A stretch of 64,000 bases of DNA from assembly GCA_028534125.1 (NCBI GenBank), contig CM052817.1:39246001-39310000 (forward strand). The letters are read 5' to 3'. The notes beneath the pieces are model-generated. The model did no database searches. It worked only from the letters and a program-made list of their open reading frames with translations, and was not told where the DNA came from. Each line of letters begins with the position of its first letter. Position 1 is the stretch's first letter. A program made the translations under genes and the position numbers. This document shows positions 36,311-49,259 of this stretch, in pieces. This DNA comes from Lama glama (lineage: Eukaryota).

Positions 36311-38119
36311 ATGATTGATCACAATACAGACATTCCCCATCAGAGAGGAGACTTGCTGGACTTGATGACATTCTGTCAGGTTCCTTGGACAGGCTTCGAT
36401 GGTTTTGCAATATTAAAATATGCTCATTTGCATCTTCCTCAGGAACATCTGGAGAGGGGGAAAAAAGTGGCTTTGGAAAGCTGTTCAGCTCCCAGAACAC
36501 CGAGGCTGAGCAAACATTCCAGCTTTCCCTCACTGGCCATCACTCACACCCAATGTATTTATTCTTTTTCTCCGACGAGAGAGCAACATTTGGAATAGCT
36601 CAAGCTGTGGAGTTAATCATCAAGACGCCATGGGGATGTGTTAAGCTGTGGGCCTACCCACCTCGCCTGACTTGGAATCAACACCACCACTGGGCAGAGT
36701 AAGGCAAGCACTCTAGCTTGTCTGATGCGGGGCAATCAGATTTGCTGCCTTTCAAATTTCCTCTCTTTGTTTAAAATATCAATGCCAAGGACAGGAACTT
36801 GCCAGTGTTTCAGTGAGTCATTGGCTTCAACTCAGCACTGGCCCCAAAAGACTCTTACCTAACATGGGTACATGCCTCTTCCCTTTTATCTTGTTGTGTA
36901 ATTTCACTCTTTTTCCAAGTACTGGGGTTCAGAATCTGGATTTCACCTTGTCATTCCTGAGTTGTGTTAGAACCTTCTGAAGACATTCTCTGTGCCCACA
37001 ACTCCCTCCCTCCTTTGTAACACCTACCCAAGTGCTCTAAAGGCAATAACACTGCATGACCAAAAAAACGTTACCTCCCATCTGCTCCTTGTGATTCCAG
37101 GTGAAGCTAGGCTTTGAGTCTGATGCTTAAAAGAATAATTCCTTACCTTGTTTCTAGCAGACAAATGTATATCTTTGCTTCACTAGATAGCAGTAGTTAT
37201 TATAGACTTATTACATGTTTACGTTGAGCTGTAAAGGCAAATATAAGACATGAATAGGCAGGTAAATGTTGCATGGAACGCGGTTTTTTCCCAAAGTTTA
37301 GAAAGATCCATTAGGATGCTAAAGGTCCAAAGTTGGCTTGTGAGCTATCAACACTCCTTAAGAAGTTACGAATTAAACTGAAATCAAGAGATGTCTAGAA
37401 AAAAATACTTTTGTATGTTACATTGAAGGCATATATAAGTACAACCTTTCCTTTTTCATTTGTAAAGTGATGATGATGAGGATGACTGGAACCTACGGCT
37501 GGAAACAACTTCCATCTATCATGGTGAAGCCATGGGCCAAATTCATGGAAATTGATACCAAAATTTTGAAAGTTCTCTCTAAACCTCACATCGCATAGTT
37601 GAAGCCAAAGTGTTTTGGGAGCTTCAATTATCTGGGTAGTTGCTTCAGATTTTAGCTTTGTTTGATAAAAGGTCAAAGAGTCAATTTGTGTTTCTACAAC
37701 AGGCAATGGGCAGGAAGACCAAGATACCAAGAAAAAAAAATTAAGAGATCATTTCTACTTTTCCCTCCCAGGTAGCAGGAATTTTGTAAAAAGTTCTTTG
37801 AAGTGCTTTAATGCAGTCTCCAAAGATTTTCCTTCCTGTTTCTCTGATGCTTTTGTCTTACATTTCTCCTCCAGTGGCACTGTTGTTTAACTCACTGGAA
37901 TTTAAGTATTAGAACAAATAAGGTCCCGCCAGCTTTTTGCTGTTAAAAAATGGTTTCCTTGTTTTGGTTCATCTCCGTTAACTGAAAAGGTCCTCACCTA
38001 ATCATGTCCTCTTGTCATTGAAAGGCAGGAAAGGAACTAGCCCAGCAGAGAAGACTATTTTCAAAATCAATCCTTCATATTTAAAAGAGAGCTCCATCCT
38101 CTTCAGGAGGTGCAAACAT

Positions 38120-38284
38120 NNNNNNNNNNNNNNNNNNNNNNNNNNNNNNNNNNNNNNNNNNNNNNNNNNNNNNNNNNNNNNNNNNNNNNNNNNNNNNNNN
38201 NNNNNNNNNNNNNNNNNNNNNNNNNNNNNNNNNNNNNNNNNNNNNNNNNNNNNNNNNNNNNNNNNNNNNNNNNNNNNNNNNNNN
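38120..38284. other. Assembly gap (165 N)
   Basis: Run of N. Confidence 0.99.
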
Positions 38285-38719
38285 CCACTGTCTGAATGCT
38301 AAAGGAACATCATTTTCCCTCACATCATTTGAGCTGCATTATTTCCACTCACCTGTCAGCTCAATGTCCTTTTTTGGGGGGGGGTTGTTCTTTAATCTTG
38401 GCCCTAACGTGTCACAATTTCCCAAGAATGTAATGTACATGGGGGCCATTGGATAAAGGTACTTTTCATTTCTGAAACTCTTCTAGGCTGTAAAGGAGAA
38501 CATGGAATCTTTGAGCTGTCTTTTCTGCTTTATGTTTAATCACTGAGACAAGGAAGAAACATCATTCTCCTACAATTTCCTTCCAGTGCAATGTGTGCAA
38601 GGTCTATCTATAAAATGGCTGAAGGGACCCCATGCCCACATTGATATTTGAGTTAGTTGTTCATTTTTCCATCTCGAGAAGAAAGCTCCACTGACCCTCC
38701 CAGTTCTCAGGCAGCACAC

Positions 38720-38754
38720 AACCATCCTTAGAACCATCCTTAAAACCATCCTTA
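38720..38754. repeat. 12-bp-period tandem repeat x3 (AACCATCCTTA-N)
   Basis: aaccatcctta at 38720, 38732 and 38744. Confidence 0.9.
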
Positions 38755-38949
38755 TAATGTCCTTGGTGCAAGTGGCATGTCAGACTCAACTCTTGGGCTC
38801 ACCAAATCAGGTACATCAAGACAGTCACCTCCTGTACCCTCAACAACTAAAATTACACTCACAAAATCATGGCCCCCAAATCACAGCACCCTGAGTACCA
38901 TGTATTGTGCATTTAGGTTGTACTAGGCCTGGAGCTGATTTCTCTACAC

Positions 38950-39120
38950 ACTTTAAGTCTGTTGAACCCTAGGAATAATACTAGGACCAGGATGGTTTAA
39001 CCCCATTTTATAGCTGAGAAGACTGAGGCTCAGTGATGCTTACCTAAGGTCATCAGTAGTGTCACAACCAGATTTTAAACTCATATTTTCTGGCTGCAAA
39101 GCCAAATCCCTTAACTTCTA
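38950..39120 (-). mobile_element. MIR fragment
   Basis: ccccattttatagctgagaagactgaggctcag...cctaaggtca. Confidence 0.65.
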
Positions 39121-39591
39121 TCCCATGCTGCAGAGACCTCCTCTCCTCCTCGTCCTGCAGATACCAGCAAGGCTGGGCCAGCGAGGGAGTTGGTGCTGGA
39201 GTGGTTGAAAGAAGACAGAGTAGACTGAATAGATTTTGATGATTTTCGACCTCAAATTTGGTTTTATGAAGGAGTGAAGGAGAAGAGAAAATGAAACCCC
39301 TTTCTCAAGACCCTTTTGGAAGCATGGAAGACATATTTTTCCCCTCAAAGGTCCCTGAGCAAACATTCAAATGTTCTCTGGGGTTATTTGCCTTTGACTC
39401 CTGGAAGAAGCAAGGATCCCTTTACCAAGGTAGGCTTTGGTACCCTCACATTTTGGAAAAAGCTCTCAGTCTTTGTGTGATGACAATGTCGAGCTACAGA
39501 AACATTATTGCGGTGTGTCTCCCTCACCTCTCTTTTGTGGGTGCACTTTCCTGGTGGGTTGGTCTTTAAATGGCTCTGAGTAACGCTGCCA

Positions 39592-39754
39592 NNNNNNNNN
39601 NNNNNNNNNNNNNNNNNNNNNNNNNNNNNNNNNNNNNNNNNNNNNNNNNNNNNNNNNNNNNNNNNNNNNNNNNNNNNNNNNNNNNNNNNNNNNNNNNNNN
39701 NNNNNNNNNNNNNNNNNNNNNNNNNNNNNNNNNNNNNNNNNNNNNNNNNNNNNN
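39592..39754. other. Assembly gap (163 N)
   Basis: Run of N. Confidence 0.99.
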
Positions 39755-40334
39755 CCTGTGAAGGGCTTAATAGTATGGGGGTGGGTGTTAGGGAGGAGAA
39801 GATGAGGGTGACTGCTACTTAAAAGGATTTAAAAGAATGTTGCAGCCGTATTTCATAACCGTGATGCCTAAAAGCCTCCAGTAAGGGGAAAAAAGAGCTG
39901 CTGCTTCTTTTTCTAGGCATTAAAATTTTTTTGGAATATGTTTCTTCTGAGTTTTCCTTCACTTGCTTGAAGAACCATCAGACGATGACCAGACAATCCA
40001 TAGTGATTTCACATCCATCCAGAGCCCAGTGCTCATTTGGAGAAACTGGAGGAGCCCTTAGAATTTTCTGAAGTGGAGGCTGAAAATGTGGCTGTCTCCA
40101 GAAGCCAGGAAGAGTGAAGTGGGCAGGATATAAGACAACAGGGACTCATGTAGAATGTTATATTTAAATATATATGCATGTGCTATATATATACATACAC
40201 ACATGCTCTATCTACATACACGTATTGTACACACATATATACATGCATATTTATATGAACATTCGTACACCTGGCTTTCAGGTAACTTAAACAAGTAGTA
40301 TATATAGTGGATATTATTGGTCACATTGTTCCAC

Positions 40335-40550
40335 CCACTCTTCTTAAACTTTATGTGTAGTATCTCATTTAATACTCACATCAGTGATATTAAGTATATA
40401 CTCTCATTACTCTCTTTTTAAAAATGAGAAAACTGAGCCATGGAAAGAAAGATAAGTCACTCAGCTGGTGAATGGGACAGGCAGGAATCCCACCCAGGCA
40501 TCTGAGAGCTCACACCAGGGGCCCAAGTTCTTAATCATTACACTTTTCTG
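40335..40550 (-). mobile_element. MIR SINE
   Basis: tatctcatttaatactcaca...ttttaaaaatgagaaaactgagcca...cagctggtgaatggg. Confidence 0.65.
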
Positions 40551-40989
40551 AGTGTTCAGCTATCCTCTTTTATGGGTTGAAAAGTTGCCCACGCAGGAGT
40601 CCATAAATGAACTGTGATCCTCTTGCCGCTCCTTCCCGGTGTGATTTTTTTTTTTTCATGGTTACCTTAACTGCTCAGCAGCATTGCTAAGGAAGACACA
40701 GGGTTTTGAAGCATTTATAAGAGCTGATTGTAGATTTTCGTTCTTTTCATAACAGATTTGAGTGTTTATTCACCCAGTTGCTTTGCCCTCTGGCCTTCCA
40801 AAATTAAAGGATCTTCAATCAAAAATGAAATGAAATGAAAGGATCTTGGGAAATTCAGAACTTGGAAAGAATCTAGGAATTATTTAATCTAGTGACCTCA
40901 TCTTACCCACCAGAATATTAAGATCCAGAGAGAGAAAGTGACATGCGTTATATGACACATTTGGTGGCAAATACAGTGCTGGAATCCGG

Positions 40990-41205
40990 GTATGTTATTT
41001 ACTACTCTAGCAAAATGCTCCTCCCACCCCTGTGTCCGTGCGTTAGGGCATGCAACTTTACCCTTCCACCCGTCCCTGGGCTTGGCCATGTGACTGACTT
41101 TGGCTAATGAGATACTAGCAAGTGTGTGGTAAGCAGAGCTGTGAAAAGCCGTTGTAGCATGGTGCTTGCTTGCTCTTGTCTGCCATTTCCATGGAAAGCA
41201 GAGGG
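40990..41205 (+). mobile_element. MLT1 (F/H-like) LTR fragment
   Basis: gggcttggccatgtgactgactttggctaatgagatactagcaagtgtg. Confidence 0.65.
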
Positions 41206-41304
41206 TGAGAGCTTTAGATGATGGGGACTCATATTTTTTTTCTCTAAAAGGTTCTACACTAACACTCAGCTAAAGTGAAAAACCAAAACTCACCTTGAGA
41301 GACG

Positions 41305-42345
41305 TTGTCTTGTTATTTGGGTCTCAACTGAAATATTGCCTCCGGAGAGAAGCCTTCCCTTGACGACTAATGTACAATTCCCCCTTGTCCCCCTTGCTTC
41401 TCTAGCCCAGTACTCTGTTCATGTGTCTGAAGGGATATATATATATTTTACCTACTTGTTTACTTTTTCCACTAAAATTGAAGTTCCATGAAACTAATCT
41501 AACCTGTTCTTCTCACCTCTGTATTCCTGGCACTTATTACAGTGCCTGGTACATAGTTAGCCCTCACAAAACGGTTGTGAAGGAGAAAAGTTACAAAGTA
41601 TTTGCAGCTTGCCTATTAGACATCTTGGGGTCTAACTTTCTCGTAAGGGCTGTTCAGTGAGTAACGGGTCTAAGGAAGTAGGAGAGACAATAGAGAGGAG
41701 GCGTCATTGAGCAAGCTCTGAGAGAGCACATTTCACCAAGTTGAGGTGTGTGGGGTGACATGAAGGCAGCGTCTCTCCAGCTTCAATAAAGACATGGGAG
41801 TGTGAATGTTCTCAGCATAAGTGGAACAGTCCAGTTCGGCTAGAGCTTAGACTCCCATATTCAGTGAGCAGGGGGAAGGATAAGCCTTACATGTTTCGTG
41901 GTTCTAAATCGGAAAGTGTCTTGAATACCACCCTAAAGGATTTTATACTCTGTCTTTTAGATCATAAGGTTTGTAAGCAATAGGGTGTTTTGGGAAGGGA
42001 ATTCTGCTGCTAGTGTGGAAGGTGAGGGTGATGTAGGAGAAAGCTGGAGGTGAGAGATCATTTAGAAGACTGTGGCCAGTGGCCCAGGAGAGAGCTGATG
42101 CCTAGTGCAGCTAATGAAGTGGCAGCGGGGGAAAAAGGGAGGGAAAGGCTTTTAGAGACATTGAAGGGAGAGAATTGATAGGTTTTGTTGACCAATTCGA
42201 CACAAAAGATGAAGAAAGGAGTCAAAGGAAAACTCTAGTGCTCTTGCTTCTATGATCCAGTGGGATGTGCTGCCAAGCTGGAGAGAAAAGGACGAGAAAC
42301 GAGTTTGCACGAAGATAATGAGTCTTGGACACGTGGGTTTGACAT
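41305..42345. mobile_element. L2 fragments (plus strand ~41305-41580; minus strand ~41700-42345)
   Basis: gagaagccttccct...acagtgcctggtacatagt (plus); ggaggtgagagatcatttagaagactgtggcc...gatgaagaaaggagtcaaagg (minus). Confidence 0.6.
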
Positions 42346-43260
42346 CTTGGAGGTTTCACTTCCAAGGCTTTGCCTGGAGTGATCCCTCCTAGTATGCAGC
42401 AAGTATAAGCCTTCTGCAATGGTCTTTCATTACCTTTGTTTTTAAACATCCTCTACCTGTGCACCACCCATAGATGGGCATGTTATCATAGTAAGTTAAA
42501 ATAAGCATTTTTTTTTTTGGCCTCTGCTTACAGTGCAAGGCCAGTGACAGGATTCAAGATATTTTGCATTTAAGTTTTTGACAGAGGAGGGAGATGAAAA
42601 GGAGTGAATCCATTCTCTGGTTATTTTACTATATTCCTGAGCCAAATCATTTATAGTCATGAGAAATGAACTGATCAGTGATGAGCACAAGGTGTGAAGA
42701 TAAACGTGGGTCTCTAATGCTGAGGCACCTCTGCAAAGACAAGGAAGGGTGTTGGTGTTTGCAGAAACTAGATGGGCTGAGCAGTGGGCTATAGGGAGGA
42801 CGTCTTCTGTGCCAGAGAGCAAAAGGTCACAGTGAAAGGTCAAAGCTATCTAGTTGGCATGGTGCTCCTAGACCTGATGCTCTTGGAAGCTTCAGATGAG
42901 TTTGATATATATAATTCAAGCCATATACAGCCTAAAGATTTATTCTTAAAAAGCCCACACATTTGCCGCCCCTCTTGATAATCTGCACAGCTCTATTATA
43001 ATCCTCACCAGAAAGAAGTTCATCTTTGAATCTAACCTTATTTGTTAGACTGTTTCCAGTCTAATTTATACATACCCACAAAGCCTGTGAATATGTCTGT
43101 CTTGGTTAAACTTATCCTCTGTCTCTCCCTCACTAAGCTATAAGCTTTTTCAGGGCAAAAAGGCAGTACCTTAGGTATGTTTATATCATCGTGTTTGGCT
43201 CTCAGTTCATCCTCAATAAATGTCTGTTGAATTTAAGAAGAAGTGAATGTAGCCCCCTTT

Positions 43261-43418
43261 TTATTAATGTATAGTCAATTTAGTAGTTTTGTTAATTTTT
43301 GGTGTACAGCATAGTGATTTATTTATACATGTATATTCCTTTTCATATTGTTTTCATTATAGGCTATTACAAGGTATTGAATGTAGTTCCCTGTGCTATA
43401 TGGTAGGCGCTTGTTGTT
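43261..43418 (-). mobile_element. Cetartiodactyl/camelid-type L1 3' end with ~17-bp TSD
   Basis: ggtgtacagcatagtgatt...ttttcattataggctattacaaggtattgaatgtagttccctgtgctata; TSD tgaatgtagcccc(c/t)ttt at 43244-43260 and 43419-43435. Confidence 0.85.
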
Positions 43419-45202
43419 TGAATGTAGCCCCTTTTAATTGCTGTTATGGCTCCTGATATATGCAAAGATTGTCACTAGATCATTCCTCTGACTTGATACC
43501 TCATGTGTCTCAAATCCCACTCTCTTTAACGGAAGTGTAAAGACATGCTGCTGAATATGGTACAGAATGGAGAAGGGCTGGTGAGAGGAAAGTTTTGATA
43601 TCAACTAATTTATTGTGAAAAAGACTGTATTAATGGAAAATGCCATCTATTTTCTTTAGCCCAACAAAACTCTAAAGTCATCTCAGTATGAAAAATTGAG
43701 CAGTACATGTAATGGGATCGAAGTTTCCATTAGAGTGGACATGTTTGAACCTCTATTGAGTATAGCTTTCTCAAAGTAACATGAAGGGATTGCTTATGAC
43801 AGCCAATCATCTTCACTGTGTAATAACAGTTATTCATTTAGGCCTGCTGTCCATGCTGAGACGAGATCCCTATAGAAGAAATTCAAGATAAGCAAAATTG
43901 GCAAAAGTTTCTTTTAAATGATGGGAAAGAAAAGAAGAGCCTAACCTTTATTTCATTAGACCTTTATTCATCATTTTCTTGTAGCATAAGTTCCTTGTAT
44001 GAAATATATTTAAGGTGGGTCCCATCCTACAGTCTTGATAACAAGGGCAAAAAAGCCAGCCACAAAAATATTTTTACAAAACCAATTAGATACACAACTC
44101 ATAAGCCTCTGTCTTCCCAAACAGCTCAGTTTCCTGTATCTTCCAAAAAGCAAACTAATAATTACCGCTCCCGGGATAGTAATAAGGAGACATAACTAAT
44201 TGCTGCTAAAAACTCAGAATTTGTGTGTATACTTGGTTTTTGTTAGTTAAAAATTTAGGTTTATAATTGTGATGAATCTGTCTAAAATAAGTTGTATTAA
44301 GAGCCAGATATTAATGGTTCTGTATATAAGCATTTAGAATTTCAATTATGAAACAGTTCTCTTTTAAAAATTAGATTATTTAAAATTATTTGTAAGTGGC
44401 CTTTTAGCTTAATTATGTGTGCTGTGCTATTATAACTATAGTAGCTTTTTACAATTAGGTTAATGAAGCCACAACCTTCCATATTTTAGAAATTTCACTA
44501 AGAAAGGCCAGTCTTTCCTTCAAGTACTTTGATTTTAATATTTATCAGGGTCAGAATGTAAATCTTTAGGAATGGAAGGGTTACCATCTAATCAAGGAGA
44601 CGGAATCACATCTCACCATAGACGCTCCATTGCACCTTAGAGTTGGTGACCTCAAAGGGCATCATAAGTGTTTATTTTTATAGAACTAGTACAGAACTAA
44701 AAAGAAGTCAGTTTCCACGATTACCCTAAAAGAGTCAAGTTTTAAGTGAGAACTCTTCACTGCGGCTGTCTTACGGAGTCATAAACATCTTAGTAAGTGC
44801 CCTGTACAGCCGTCTGCTTCGGGTGGTCCCACATTGGAGAAGAACCCCCGCTCTTTCTCCTCCTATCATAACCACAGTAGCCAGAGTGAACCATGTGTTC
44901 CGTAACTGTGGATTCATCTTTTTGCCTCTACTCTGCCATCCAGTGCCCCTCCCCGGAGACCAGGGAGGCGGCAGCACTGGCCACAGTGTGCTTAGCTGAG
45001 ACGACTGGTCAAGGGCATAAAGAGGACCGACTCAAGGTGATGGTGGAGTCACTCTCCTGCATTCTCTAAGCCTCTTGGCTCACCCCTGGAATCTGCTGCA
45101 TCAACTGGCAAGACTTCCCAGTAGGGGGTTTCTGGGGCAAAGAGCCTTAACTTCTTTTCAGATTTAAAGGCCCAGACTGCTGCATGATGGATTTTCCCCT
45201 AA

Positions 45203-45446
45203 NNNNNNNNNNNNNNNNNNNNNNNNNNNNNNNNNNNNNNNNNNNNNNNNNNNNNNNNNNNNNNNNNNNNNNNNNNNNNNNNNNNNNNNNNNNNNNNNNN
45301 NNNNNNNNNNNNNNNNNNNNNNNNNNNNNNNNNNNNNNNNNNNNNNNNNNNNNNNNNNNNNNNNNNNNNNNNNNNNNNNNNNNNNNNNNNNNNNNNNNNN
45401 NNNNNNNNNNNNNNNNNNNNNNNNNNNNNNNNNNNNNNNNNNNNNN
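45203..45446. other. Assembly gap (244 N)
   Basis: Run of N. Confidence 0.99.
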
Positions 45447-46287
45447 GTGTGGCACAGCCGACATTAGCTCTTATCCTAACGGCTTCCAGAGGAGGGCACT
45501 GTCATAAGAGACAAGACAATAGAAATGCCAGCTGCACATGTAAGTATTAGCAGCGTAATTTACGTTTCTGGTCCTGGTCCTACCCACTCTGTCTCACACA
45601 CACACTCACTAGCACACTTATCGGAGGAGGTGTGGTAACTTATCCTCTCAGGTCAGCCTTTGAGAAACTGTAAATCAACTTATTTGGACTAAAGTGTCTA
45701 CAGAAGATGAATATTAACTAAAAGGCTGTTTGAATCATTCCCAATCATGTGTGGAATCCAGCCCTTTCAAAGTTCAGTGTAAGCAAGATGAAACTCTCTT
45801 GATTGACTCATTTAGTAAAGATTTATTTGCATGCAGTTGAGTGAAATCAGGTTAGAACATAAACTCCGTGGCAGTAGTTCCTTTGTCTGTCTTGTTCACA
45901 GCTGTACCCTTATGTGTCTATCACAAAGACTAACACATAACACGCTCTCAGTAGATATTTGTTGAAGTGCTGATTGTATGATATAAGTGATGGACAGTTC
46001 AAACTTGAGATGCCCACCCCGAGCCCCTGACATCGCCTCCCTTGCTCGGTGGGTTATACATGCACCCACTGCCCACACCCTCCTTGCTTCTAGGCCGTTC
46101 ACCAGGGGGTGGACCAGGCAGGGGTGCGGAGAAAGGTCAGTTTAGGAGACAGCCTGTAAGCACTGCAAGAGACCAAGGGCAGCTTGATACAAAGCTGTCA
46201 TTTTGGCTGGTGAATCGTCCTGCCTGGAGATCAGCACTGGTGGATGTCAAATGGTTGTCATTATGGTGCAACTTCAGGAGGACGGGG

Positions 46288-46740
46288 TGTTAATTAGTTT
46301 TCTAAAGCTTCCATAACAAAGTATCAAAAAACCAAGTGGCTTAAAATAGCAGAACCCTATTGTCTCACAGTGCTGGAGGCCCGAAGTCCAAAGCCAAGGT
46401 GGCAGAGGGCCCTGCTCGCCCCGGCGGCTGCAGGGAAGAAGGCGTCCTTGCCTCTTCCAGCTTCCCGTGTCTTGCAGCAGTCCTGGCTCCTCGGCTTGCA
46501 GACGCGTCCCTCCGGTCGCACGACCGTCTTCTCCCTGTGCGTCTTCACATCGGCTGCCTTTGTATCCACATTTCCCCTTTTTATAAAGACACCAGTCATA
46601 TTCAATTAGGACTTACCCAAATGACCTCATTTTAACTTGATTACCCCTATAAAGGCCCTGTTTCCAAATAAGGTCACATTTGAGGTACTAGGGGTTAGGA
46701 CTTAAACAGATATATTAAATAAACAATATAACCCATAAAA
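46288..46740 (-). mobile_element. MLT1C-like solo LTR, near full length
   Basis: ccataacaaagtatc...gtggcttaaaatagcagaa...ctggaggcccgaagtccaaa...ttataaagacaccagtcatatt...atgacctcattttaacttgattac...tttccaaataaggtcacatt...ggggttaggactt. Confidence 0.85.
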
Positions 46741-49259
46741 GAGGGTTGTGTGCAGCCTGGAAGACGGTAAAGGGATGTTTTCAGGTCCAGAAACCTCCCT
46801 TCTTGGGAACTGGAATAATCTATATTGTCTGGGCATAGAGGTCAATAATAATTGAATTATTCTTATCATTTCTTGGACTCTGCCATCTTGTAGTTCCTAC
46901 CTTAATTGACTTTTATTATATAATATTCTCCAACTATTTCCCTGATCATTCTTTGTGTTTAGTAATTTCTCTTTCTGATCTATCTCTTAAACGTGGCAGT
47001 CTAACTAAACTGTCAGTGGGTCCATAGTGTTTTTTGCTGTGTTTGGCCAATAGGCAACTGCTTTAAATTGTACTTGCTCCTTGGTCCTACTACACACGGA
47101 TGATTGAGTCTACCTTGTGTAAAATTGGTCTTGGGAGACAGGCCAATTCATTCTAAGAGTTAGCTATTTTATTAGAAACAATGATTTCTAAAGGTCATAT
47201 TAATTTTTTGTTATGTTATTTCAAAATAATCTATTGTTTTGGCATTCACATAGAATAAGAAATAAAGGGAACCATAGTTCTTATTTACATAGACATTATC
47301 TACTTTGCTTTGAAAACATTCAGTGGTCTTAGGTTGGGTTTATCGCTAGGCGACCCAGGATGCATTGGGTTGAGATAAATGAAACACATTTGCATTTTAT
47401 ACCTCATTTCTCCCTTTTTGGAAGTTATTTAGTGTAATTGTGATAAGCTTGGTTTGCCAACTTCTAACAAACTTCTAAACCAGAGACTAGACCCTAAGGA
47501 GGCATTTGTTAAGAACCCCTTTCTCTTGGTGTACCACGGGTGTAAAGCTTTTTAAACTTATGATAATAAAATTTTCCACACTTAAAAAAAAAAAACATTG
47601 AAATCTCATCTTAGAAGAACAGATTGTCCCTTGTAATGACATGGAACATGTCCTCATGAGGGGACACTATATCCATAATTCAATTAAAAAAAGAAATGTA
47701 GAAATAAGAAATATTACTAATGCCTATTAATTAAAATTTTAAACATTAAAAAACTTATCATTTCTATTGAGTTTTGATAGCTCCAACCCCAGAGAAGAGC
47801 TTTAGGTTCTTGTCCTCAGCAAAGAGGGACAAGAACAGATGGATGGCTTTCTTCACGCTTCCTGCTGGGTGAATCAGTCATGCTCCAGGGTCATGTGGAG
47901 TTTGCCATTTTTGTACAAAATCACTTAATAAATTGATTGGCACCTTATCTCGATGTCAATGTCACTCCATTTTTGAGATGTCCAAACTGTTTAAATATCA
48001 AAAACAAACCATGGAGGACAACTCAGTGAGAAAGGGTTTGTGCTAGCTGAAGATCAAAGGGAGACAGATGACTGCTGTATATATTTGATGTTACCAGAGG
48101 AGAAGTACGGTGATTTAGTCCATGCGTATGCTCAGCGCTTCTTGGCTGGCCTCAGTGAGCAGTAAAAGCAGTTGGAGACTAAGCCAGCACAAGAGTCTGC
48201 AGAAAATCAGCAAAATATGATCACATTAACAATATGATACTTTAAGCTGGCATAGTCAGGAATTTTAAGGGAGCTATCAATAAATTGTCAGTCAATTCTG
48301 AAAAAAAATCCTGTGGCCAAATTTTAATTTATGAGTATTTTATTAACTTGGGCTCAGTGTCTGAGTTTTCCACACATGGTCAGTTAATGAATGTGCAATG
48401 TATCTGGTTGTATAATTTATTGTAAATATGCTGGAGAAGATTTAGGTAAAACATTAAAAAGAGGCAATATGAGAAGCAACACTTTAAGCTTGTATGGTTA
48501 ATTCTTTTGAATGATTTGATTATAAACTATGGCACATATGGAGAAAATTTTCAGGACCTGCATTCCATTCAGACTGAAAAGCAGGATTTAACTGTAAGTA
48601 GTTCCCCAATTTGAAATTTTTGTGTGTGTGACACATTTCTTGATAAGGTTGTTGGATGACTTTGTGTAATCTCATTCTTTCCTTTAAAGCAGTCTCTTCA
48701 GAAACACAAAGCACCCGTTGTGAGAAGCTTAGTCAAGGAAGCAGCGACCGGGTACAGTGATGTCAGACCATGCTCCAACCATGCTTGTCTATGCAGGATG
48801 CTGTGGGTTTGGGTCAGGGGATGCTAGAAGTCATAGTGAAAGCAAACTGTGAGCAGCTGTTCCCAAAGTTACAGTGTGTTTGGTTTGGACTTCTACTTTC
48901 ATGAATTCCTAGGGCTCATTTGCAAAATGGTGAGTCAATTTTGTATTTCAAATCTGAACAAAGCATCCAAGAAAAAGAGTCTTTAAAGGTAATATGACAT
49001 TGGTTATATGAAATCTCCAACAACAGAGTCTGCATGCCTGCACACCATCCTATGAACCATTTGACTTCAAAAAAATTTTTAAATGATATTCGTGTTCTTC
49101 TCCAGATGGTAGGAGCTATACGGACAGCCATTCTGACTCTTTTGTTACTGTAGCATCTAATGCAGTGTCAGGTATACAATGTCTGTTCAAAAACATATAG
49201 CAAATATTCATCACATGAGTGATTGTAACTTAAGATAGCTTTAAAGGTTCAGCTAATGG

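Noticed and set aside
35982-36533. 183-aa minus-strand ORF (also 62685-63158, 157 aa, and 46357-46635)
   Set aside because: These lie largely within MLT1 LTRs and low-complexity sequence; typical spurious repeat-derived ORFs
38720-38754. Short direct repeats as a CRISPR-like array
   Set aside because: Eukaryotic DNA; a simple 12-bp tandem repeat with no spacers
39592-39770. Possibility that gaps hide exons (minus-strand acceptor-like cccttcacag next to this gap)
   Set aside because: Cannot be supported from Ns; two other gaps fall inside ordinary repeats, consistent with plain assembly gaps
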